Shown here: in pieces, positions 53,942-64,000 of the stretch | Layout: each line of letters opens with the position of its first letter | Numbering within the stretch: the first letter of the stretch is position 1 | NCBI GenBank assembly: GCA_951406725.2 | Contig: OX597815.1 | Location: 120,528,001 to 120,592,000 of the forward strand | Source: Octopus vulgaris | Lineage: Eukaryota | Length of the DNA: 64,000 nt | Direction: 5' to 3' | Notes under the pieces: generated by a model | Seen by the model: the letters and a program-made list of their open reading frames with translations, nothing else | Told to the model about the DNA's origin: nothing | Database searches by the model: none | Translations under genes and position numbers: made by a program

Positions 53942-54118
53942 AGCGCAGGAGTGGTTGTGTGGTAAGTAGCTTGCTTACCAACCACATAGTTCCGGGTTCA
54001 GTCCCACTGCGTGGCACCTTGGGCAAGTGTCTTCTACTATATCCTCCGGCCGACCTAAGCCTTGTGAGTGGATTTGGTAGACGGAAACTGAAAGAACTCC
54101 GTCAAATATATATGTATA

Positions 54119-54182
<64 letters not shown>

Positions 54183-54412
54183 TGTATATGTGTGTCTATA
54201 TGTTTGTTTGTCTATGTTTGTCCCCCTAACATCGTTTGACAACCGATGGTGGTGTGTTTATATCCCCGTAACTTAGCGGTTCGGCAAAAGAGGCCAATAG
54301 AATAAGTACTAGACTTACAAAGAATAAGTCCTGGTGTCGATTTGCTCGACTAAAGGTGGTGCTCCAGCATGACCGCAGTCAAATGACTGAAACAAGTAAA
54401 AGAATAAAAGAA
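53942..54412 (+). mobile_element. SINE family A, full length
   Basis: Head agcgcaggagtggttgtgtggtaag, internal (TA)n, tail atgactgaaacaagtaaaagaat. Confidence 0.9.
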
Positions 54413-55341
54413 TATATTTCCATCTTATAAGGGTAAATACCCAATCTTTCTTTGCTATATATGTATATTTGTATACACACACACACATACACACATTTGA
54501 AAGAGTTCTGAGAAATAGTTAGCATATTTACTTAATTTACAGAAGAGATGTATGGAATCCGGTTCAACAAATAAAATTTGCGTTTAAATGCAAAATATCT
54601 TAACAAAACCAACAGTGGTAAATCCCAAATTGAGTAATAAATTGACACATTTTCCCTAGTTACATATAAATAATTAAACTCAAGGAATCCAATTATCATA
54701 ATATTGGTTTCTGTTGACATTTCTCATAGATAGTCTATTTTAAGGAACTAAAATATAATGATGTGAGTTCAGTGCATCTCCAAAATATATTCGCTTGATC
54801 CCGTCGAAAGTACGACTCAGATGGTTCACATTTCACACATTGGATCAAAGCAACATAGCTTAAAGAAAGTTATCAATTGGGATGAGATTGAACGGCAACA
54901 AGACTGATGACAGCGCAGTTTTAAGTGATGTTTGCTCAAATTAAACAGAGTTCGGTGTAATTGGGCTACTATTGACAAACACTGTAATCACTCCTACAGA
55001 AGCCAGCTTTAATTTTACGTTCATCTGGTATGTGCGTACGTTTAGTAATGAAAACACACACACAGAGACACACATATACAAGAAGCATACATGCTACAAA
55101 CACATGTATAAATATGAATGTGTGTTGGGATAATTTCGTATAATGGTGAATTTCAATTGTCAAATATATAAAAACCAAAACGCCCAGATTGCATTCAATT
55201 TAACAAATATTATACACACACACGCATACATACACACACATACATACTCACATACATACATGTATGTATGTGCACGTATGCATATATATATATATATATA
55301 TATGTATGTAAGTAAGTATGTATATATGTATGTATGTATGT

Positions 55342-55730
55342 TATGTCAGGTCACTTTCGAGTGCTACTGGTTACATATAACGCAGTACAACCTGTTGCAT
55401 GGTCGGGTCATCGGCAACTAATCCGGCAACCCCACCATGCTTGCTTGGTGAGGAGGGTGTTTATTGGACACCCTGCGGAATGAAAAACAAAACCCGTCAA
55501 AAGGCGGAAGAACTCTTGAGAGTCAACGGCCATCCAGTAAATGTCTTGTCTTAAGGCTGTATCTTGTTCTTCTTTTCGGATTATGGCTGCTGTTGCTTAG
55601 TGAGTGGGATTGACTCAGTGCACAGCCTTTCCTCACTTAAAAATAATCTTCTTGCACAGGCATTGCACGATAACAACATTGATTAAGCTTCGTGCAATAG
55701 CCATACTCGATAACGAGGGGGCAGCCACCA
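55342..55730. mobile_element. (TATG)n-flanked element, second copy with internal deletion
   Basis: High similarity to 31488-31968. Confidence 0.75.
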
Positions 55731-55812
55731 AGTATGTATGTATGTATGTATGTATGTATGTATGTATGTATGTATGTATGTATGTATGTATGTATGTATG
55801 TATGTATGTATG

Positions 55813-55856
<44 letters not shown>

Positions 55857-57282
55857 ACAACAAACAAAACCATAAATTTCACATAGTTTATAATTTAATA
55901 GTGATCAACAGCTGTTTCAATAGCATAAATAATTATTATATAATTACGTAATTAAAAGACATAATTTAAAAGTGGTGTGTTATCTGTATGGTCATAAGAA
56001 AAAAATGTATGGATATATATATACATATATGCGTGGAGGTATGTATACACACACACACACACATATATATGCAGTTTGGCTGCTCTTTCTTGGCTTATGT
56101 TACACAATGGTATTGCTCAGTGACATTTAATATTGTATATATCATTAAGGCTGGTTGAATCGTTAGCCTGCCGGTTAAAATGTGTAGGGGGATTTCGTCC
56201 GTCTTTACGTTCTGAGTTTAAATTCTGCCGAGGTCGACTTCGCCTTCCATCTTTAGGGTTGACAAAATAAGTCCCAGCTGAGCACTGGGGTCGATGCAAT
56301 CTTATTACGTAGCATGGTTAGCCATGCTTTTCTATGCTTTGATATATGGACTCGGTATATCAATAAGGCCAGCAGCTTCTTTACAGAAAGTACAGCCAGC
56401 GTCACACACGAGCAAGTATAGTTTGGTATTGTTTTAGGTGCTTTTGTAGGTGCGAGCATAGACATAGAAACGTCCTTAGCGGCATATTCAGAGTATGACA
56501 TCTGGAAGGGGAGAAGGCTGCATCAACATTCCGCTGGTTCTCATTACTGCTGAGTTCAGTGGAACTACGTCAAATGAAGCGCCTTGTTTGAGTGCATGAC
56601 AATCAAGGAATTGAACTCACGATATATTGGTTTTGCAGTGGAAAGGATTCTGACACAAAGCGAGTAAGTAATGAAAATATCAATATTAAATAAACGTGCT
56701 CTGCGGTTTCCTGCTATTATAAAATAACGAGATGAATGGATTTCTTGTGAAATGAGATGATGGCTGTAAGGATTGGCCGTTACTATAAAGGCTTGCTTTA
56801 ACCACATGGAAGCTTATTCATGAAATTTATTAGATTTTACTCACATAAGCGTGAACGTAATTCTAAACAGAATATAACTGATAATTTGTACTCTTGTGAA
56901 ATAGTTTGCAATTTTAGCGGTAAATTATTGAGTAAATATGTTGACAGGAGAAGGACCATTTTTGTGAAAGGAAAATGAAAAGAAAACAGAAGACAAAACA
57001 AAAGAAGAAAAGACAGAAACTGTGCGTGAAAATGTCTGTTTATATAGGCCCAGACTTCAGATTTATATGAGAAGGAAAATAACATGCTGTGAAGTTCGCA
57101 AGTCTTCTGAGAGCGTTAGCTGTGTCAGAGAAAATAACTGAGAACTGGAATTGATTTACAGCATCTCAACGAAGCCATAATGAAAACAAAAAGGTTTCCT
57201 TCGTTATTTTTTTCCCCGTAAATCAACGTTATTTTTGATAGAACATTGAATCTCTTAGACTAAACACAAGGTCTCATACATA

Positions 57283-57497
57283 CGATGGGGTGCTGAAAAG
57301 TTCCTGGCTTTAAGAATGTCGCGAAACGCCTGACTGGAGGCTCAGCCTTCCGAGTTCTTTTACAGGACTTAGAAAAACTGCAGGACTGCTGCAATAAGTG
57401 TGTGAATCTGAGAGGGGAATATGCTGGATAAAGTCATAACTGATCCTCCTGTATTTTCTTTTACCCAAAGCCAGGATTTCAAGCCCCCACCACCTCG
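57283..57497 (+). mobile_element. Mariner-derived MITE
   Basis: Imperfect TIR cgatggggtgctgaaaagttcctggcttt / aaagccaggatttcaagccccca..ctcg, TA flanks; retains transposase C-terminus-like KLQDCCNKCVNLRGEY. Confidence 0.75.
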
Positions 57498-57514
57498 TAT
57501 ATGCATTCATACAC

Positions 57515-57585
<71 letters not shown>

Positions 57586-58029
57586 TACACACATACACAC
57601 ACATACACACACGCACACACACACACAGATATGAGAGATGTTTGATTGATTCATAACCAAGGATCGAAACCTGAATCGTCTCGATCGTCTCTTTTGTATG
57701 CTAATTATGCACTTAAAATCCATTTGTTTAACCTGTCAGAAAAAATTTGTTGTTAACTTAGGTGAAACAGGAGTGAGTTTAGGTAAACCTCATATATTGA
57801 CGATCCCCGAGGGAAATAGGTACCTCTTAGTTAAAGATAACATTTTGCTCACAACTAAAAAGCTTCTTACATTAGAACCTTGAAATTTTTACCTTCCTCA
57901 TGCTTATTAGCAGGCTACCGTAGAGATACTGGACAAAAGAAATTTACTGTGGAAACATCGTTAATTCCGATACGATATTTTGCGTTTTTTCCGATTCATT
58001 GCTTCAGCTAAATATTAATAATACTAATA

Positions 58030-58440
58030 ATCCTTTCTACTATAGGTACGAAGTCTGAAATTTGGGGGAGATGGATAGTCGAATACATCGACCCCAGTGT
58101 TTCCCTAATACTTAATTTATCGACCCCGAAAGGATAAAAGGCAAAGTCGATCTCGGCGGAATTTGAACTCAGAATGTAGCGGTAGACAACATGCGGCTAA
58201 GCATTTTGCCCGGTGTAATAATAATAATAATAAGAAGAAGAAGAATGATAATCCTTTCTACTATAGGTACAAAGCCTAAAATTTTGGAGGCGGGGGCTAG
58301 TCGATTACATAGACCTTAGTGTTTCACTGATACTTAATTTATCGACTCCGAAAGGATGAAAGGCAAAGTCGACCTCAGCGGAATTTGAACTCAGTACGTA
58401 ACAATAAATGAAATGCCGCCAGACATTTCGGCCGGCGTAA
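58030..58440 (-). mobile_element. Two SINE family B copies
   Basis: Family B motifs, separated by (AAT)/(AAG) repeats. Confidence 0.85.
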
Positions 58441-58469
58441 CAACAACAATAATAATAATAATGATGATG

Positions 58470-58544
<75 letters not shown>

Positions 58545-58639
58545 TGTTTTCTCAGCTTTGCAGAGATATTAAAAACGAATATTACTTTCAAGTAATATTC
58601 AAAATGAAACCATTTAATTGTATGTGTTACAAATGAAGG

Positions 58640-60370
58640 TGTAATTAAGCCAATGATCGACGAAAACATTTGTTGCTGTTATGTTTGGTGACACTACAGA
58701 CCTTCGAATGAAATCTTAACTGTCACACATTTTGTAATTTGTTGATGAGAAAGAAAGGCTTCAAGAAAGGTTTAGGGGATAAGTCGATGTCAGTAAAGAC
58801 AGAAAAGCTGCATCACTGATAGAAGTTGTACATTGTTATACACATTCACTTAATTTGGTACTCTCTCACTCAAATTCAAGAGTTCGTGAATGTCGAATTT
58901 ACTTCTAAACTTTAAAAAGAATTTCGACTAGTTTCTCAAAGTCGAGGAGGGCTTACTGGATGAAATCGTAGGATTTCTTAAGTTATCTGAATTGGAATTA
59001 TTCTTCTCGACAAGTATTCATTTTGTCCATCAACTATATTACAAATCCAGATTATTCGAGTATTTCTGAAATTGCACAGGCACAGGCATTGCAATCCTAG
59101 AAGATTTCTTGCGGTTTTTCAAACCCATATTGAGTGGTTCAGAGATTCTGTTTTCGATTCTTCAAAAAAATTCGTTTAATATTTCGAGGTGTATTTGTGA
59201 GGTTGAGAAATTCAAAAAGCAATTGCTGTACATTTTAGTGGTAGGTGTAACTGTTGTATTAATCGAGATTAGGCTCGCTGCATATATTTCAAACAGAAAA
59301 TATTAAGCATTAGATTTATTTAAACAAAGGCAGAACATAAATACATACATAAATCATCAAATCTTCACTGGTCGAGAGACTAGGATAAAGGGATCGATTT
59401 AACTGTGATTGTTCGGCTATTATCTTCAAGATGCGAAACCGACAAATCTTGTTGAACTTTTGTCTTGATTTCCTAGGTGAGAACCTAGTTGTATTCTCTT
59501 CGAATGCCATGAGCACTCTGATTTTTAATGCTAAACTGCTTAACTCGAGAAAAAGTGCGAGTCTCAAGGACATTTGTGATGATGTTCTAACTGGTAGTTT
59601 GATCTCCTGCAAACCGCTTGATCGAAAAAAAAGGTGTTCAAGTAAAGATTACACGCCCCAACTATGACTCACTCATGACAGTGGATCGATAACTTAATGA
59701 AAAGGATTCAAATCATAGGGTTCACCGCAATATCAAGAACAAGCTGGAAGAATTTTACTGCCGGGCTCTGGGTGGTGTCACTGACCTACCAAAGAAGCGT
59801 GGTCGACATAAAGAACCAGAAGCTGCTTTTAAGAATTTTGTTTAACAACATTTTGCATGAAGTTGTGTTTGATGAGACTAGAGACCTTCGAATGAAATCT
59901 CAATTGTCACACGTTTTGCGAATTGTTGATCAGAAAGGAAAGCTTCAGGAAAGGTTTGAGGATATGTCGATGTCAGTAAAGACAGAAAAGATTTAAAACA
60001 CCGTTGTTTAAATTTTTTTAATTCAGATTAGCTGAATTTTGATGGTAGCATTTTCATCTTTGAATGTCTGTAAAAACTTTAAATTTGGATGGATTGAAAT
60101 GCGAGCTAAAATCAATTTATGCTGCACATTTTGCAAACCAAGTGTCAAACATTCAAGAAGTTACAGACATAATACGGAAGCTTAAACTAAATCAAATTCT
60201 GGCCAGAGTAACAAAATTACGTCTGATTCTGACCACACCTACAACATCTGCTTCTTGTAATATATACCTTTCTTCATTAAAGTTACATGGTGTTCCCAAA
60301 GTAAAGAGAGATTCAATAATTTAGTTTTCATTTTCATGAATAAAGACCTTTTGAAGATGAAGGTAGAGCG
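58640..60370 (+). pseudogene. Degenerate hAT (ZMYM1-like) transposase fragments
   Basis: DETRDLRMKSQLSHVLRIVDQKGKLQERF, duplicated at ~58690-58805 and ~59870-59990; LILTTPTTSASC resembles the hAT dimerisation domain. Confidence 0.75.
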
Positions 60371-60432
60371 TAGTGCTGATACATTTTATACCAAAAATAA
60401 GCTCTCCATTGGTCAAATATTTTTAGAAAGCA

Positions 60433-60770
60433 AGCGTAGGTGTGTGTTAAGAAGTTTGCTTCCCAACCACATGGTCCTCGGTCCAGTCTTCTATTAATAT
60501 CTTCTTCTATAGCCTGAGCCGACTAAAATCTTGTAAGTGAACTTGATAGAGGGAGACTGAAAAAAACACGTCGTATCTGCACCAACGCTTGACAACCGAC
60601 GTTGGTGTGTTTATGTTACCGTAACTTATTAGTTCGGCACGAGAGATCAAAAGAATAAGCACCAGGCTTTAGAAAAAGTACTGGGGTAGATTCATTGGAG
60701 TAAAAATTATTTAAGATGGTGCTCCAGCATGGCCACAGTCTAGTGATTGAAACAAAGAGAAGATAAAAGA
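60433..60770 (+). mobile_element. SINE family A, diverged
   Basis: Family A motifs. Confidence 0.75.
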
Positions 60771-61019
60771 TAAAATGTGTACTCTTCGGTACCGAATAAT
60801 CGTACGAAATATATCAGAAAGCAATAAAACAAACTAAATTGACTAAATATGCATTTCTCATCTAAATCTGTCCGACTATGAGGAAAGCCTTTGGCAAATC
60901 CTCTGAAGAGGTAAGTGTTTAATCTCTGCTGCACAGGACTGTAAAAACGTCAACACCTAAAGAGAAAAAAAATTGACAACGTGGCTGCTGGCTTAACACG
61001 ACAGGAAGAATAGCAATGA

Positions 61020-61400
61020 AGTATTTACTTTCTCTGTCCTTCTCTTTCTTGACAACTCGCTCGTTCTTTGTTTTGTGCCTCTTTTTGACGATCCCTTCAC
61101 AAAAATAATACAATACAAAGAAAATAACATCACTGCTCTTACTATGACTTAAAGCAAGCAGTAAAAAATTTGCTTTCCTTTGCCTTTCTTTCCGTTGACC
61201 ACTCACCCGTTTCTTTTAAATCTGTTTTTGACGCTCAATTCTCGAAGAGAATAAGAGAATACGAAGGGACTAACACCATGGCTCTTACTGAATATGACTG
61301 AAAGCAAGCAGAAAAATTCGCATTTCTCTCTGTTGGCTACTCACTCGTTTGTTTTGTCTTTCTTGTTGACGCTCCTTCCTCAAAAGAACAGGAAAACAAT
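61020..61400. repeat. Degenerate tandem repeat, ~140-145-bp unit, ~2.5-3 copies
   Basis: actc(g/a)c(t/c)cgtt...ttgacg at ~61055, 61201, 61339; gctcttact..atgact.aaagcaagcag at ~61135 and 61281. Confidence 0.7.
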
Positions 61401-62028
61401 TAATTCACAGCTTTTCCTTCTCTTCTCGCAAAGCAAACAGGAGCTTTCACTGCTTACACTTGTTAAATAATATCGATTGTTTACAATTTATACTAAGAAT
61501 TTATACTAAGAATGCAAAATAAAAGTAAATATGACTACTACGAATCTAGTGAAAATTATCAATAATCAATTATATTTTACACAAAAATTATTTATCGTGG
61601 TAAAATAGAAAGGCATACAGTGCATACATTGCATACCCTTCGCCCCTGCTTCGAAACTGTAATAACAGAATCTGGTCGTCGGAAAAAAAATTTCCCGGTT
61701 TGTCCGTAGATTTGCTGAATTCAAATAATTTAAAATGAAAACTGATTAAAGTAGCTATATTGTTTACGTGACAAATCTGGTTGTTATTGTAAAAATATAA
61801 TTGATGAGTTCTAGCCGGAAGCGACATGGAAAACATAGAGGAAATTAGTTCTTCACATCTTAAAGAATGGTTAGAAGAAAATGTTCGGTGAAAATTGAAA
61901 AAAAATTGTATCGCATTTAGTAGATGTGTATGTAAACATGTATATGCTTTATACACACATTGTGTATGTATACATAAATATATAAACATGTATATGTACT
62001 TATATACACACATATATACATATAAAAA

Positions 62029-62070
<42 letters not shown>

Positions 62071-62137
62071 GCATACGTGCGTATTCATATGCATATATAC
62101 ATAGTTATATACCAGCCAAAGTTAAAGTACATGCATG

Positions 62138-62207
<70 letters not shown>

Positions 62208-62478
62208 TAAATAGTTAAAAAGGATGCGTGGCGTTCAATCATATAATAATATAAATAACAGTATTATATATATATATATATATTGAGAGAGAGAGAGAGA
62301 GAGAGGAAGAGAAAGAGAGAGAAAGAGAGAAAGAGACAGAGAGACAAACAGACAGACCAACAAATCGACTGACAGACAAACTGACAGACAGTCAGAGAAA
62401 TGTATGAAACATAGACATCATTCTTTATAAGACCATAAATTTGCAAATAGAGATTCTTGCTTCAGTCTGCGCAGTTAG

Positions 62479-62531
<53 letters not shown>

Positions 62532-63178
62532 GTTTGTGTGTGTGATGCTCAACCATTTACATGTTAATTCATTGAGTAGGAAGTTCAGTCAATCGAACAA
62601 CTGTACACTTTTGATCGCAAAATCTGTCCGAGACTCACATCTGAAGCCAAATTTATTAAGAGGGATGGGGTCTATTGAAAACAAAACGCACACAGCATAA
62701 ATACATGCACTCACCTACAACACGATATACCAAACGATCATACGCATATCCCTGAGATGCATATATACATACTGCTTACGAAATGCTTGTACGTGGTCGC
62801 TCGACTTACCATCTAAACCGTTCTAAAGCCACATCTCAGTCTTTAAAAAGGAAGAACCCATTGGATAATCAATTACTAGATCCTTCAATTGTGAAAAAAT
62901 CAATTACTGTAAAAGCTGGAACTCCATTGGTTATAGGACTGCTCAGCCGGAGCTGACCTGAGGCTAAGTGGCAACAGCAGCAGCAGCCGTTCAAGAATTT
63001 GGACCTGGAGATCTCCATTTCCAGCGACTTCGAGGGCCACCTCCCAGTGGTGTCGGGCGTCAACGGAGAGCCCTCAACTACAACAAGGCGACCAAAGTTT
63101 TTTTTTCCAAGGTCTGGGGTCTCCCGCCCCTAAGCCCTAGACCATCACTTAATCACCCTTACCCGTCTTGTTGCTTAA

Positions 63179-63357
63179 CAAGAAGAAGAAGAAGAAGAAG
63201 AAGAAGAAGAAGAAGAAGAAGAAGAAGAAGAAGAAGAAGAAGAAGAAGAAGAAGAAGAAGAAGAAGAAGAAGAAGAAGAAGAAGAAGAAGAACAACAACA
63301 ACAACAACAGCAGCAGCAGCAGCAGCAGCAATAACAACAGCAACAGTAACAACAACA
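63179..63357. repeat. (GAA)n-(CAA)n-(CAG)n compound microsatellite
   Basis: Directly visible. Confidence 0.98.
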
Positions 63358-63599
63358 CATACATACACTCGCACGCTCACATAGATGAAACGTCGGTTGG
63401 GAATTTTGCAACGATTAACGATAAAAATGTGAACAGACAACATTCGGTGAAATAAAAGGTCTGATAACAAGCAATTACACGCTCACATACATATATACAT
63501 ACACACACGCGCACACATGGGGCACGTGATGGAGACTTTTCCTATTATGCATATCTTATAAAGTTACCACTCAAGGTCAACTGTGAATTCTCTAAATTT

Positions 63600-63980
63600 C
63601 TATTCTTTCCTACTCTAGACACAAGGCTCGAAATTTTGGGGTTTAAGGGCCAGTCGATTAGATCAACCACAGTACGCAACTGGTACTTAATTTATCGACC
63701 CCGAAGGATGAAAGGCAAAGTCAACCTCGGCGGAATTTGAACTCAGAACGTAATGGCAGGTGAAAAATCTATTTCTTTACTACCCACAAGGGGCTAAATA
63801 CAGAGAGGACAAACAAGGACAGACAAACGGATTAAGTCGATTATATCGACCCCCAGTGCGTAACTGGTACTTAATTTATCGACCCCGAAAGGATGAAAGG
63901 CAAAGTCGACCTCGGCGGAAGTTGAGCCCAAAACGTAACGGCAGACGAAATACGGCTACGCATTTCGCCCGGCGTGCGCC
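63600..63980 (-). mobile_element. SINE family B dimer
   Basis: Same unit and linker (tacccacaaggggctaaa..cagag.ggacaaacaaggacagac) as 45240-45830. Confidence 0.88.
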
Positions 63981-64000
63981 TTGACAATTATATATCCCGT

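Overview
AT-rich, repeat-saturated eukaryotic non-coding DNA (intron or intergenic). The microsatellite density and SINE types suggest a coleoid cephalopod, probably Octopus; this is an inference. I found no intact host gene, and almost all ORFs in the track are microsatellite artefacts. The real coding remnants are all transposon-derived: CR1-type, RTE and R4/Dong LINEs, a Penelope (RT + GIY-YIG) fragment, two full-length mariners, a DD37D-type Tc1/mariner and a hAT. At least four tRNA-derived SINE families and several MITEs are also present. The most interesting signals are RNA-structural: (i) hammerhead-ribozyme-like cores in short non-coding elements sitting in (TA)n tracts, one with a ~100-nt expanded stem II; (ii) a 718-bp unit with 125-bp direct terminal repeats (retrozyme or Penelope pseudo-LTR architecture); (iii) a tRNA-like module in a Penelope 3' region; (iv) several long fold-backs and inverted SINE pairs; (v) elements associated with specific microsatellite types. 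Coordinates were read by eye, and boundaries of degenerate elements are approximate.
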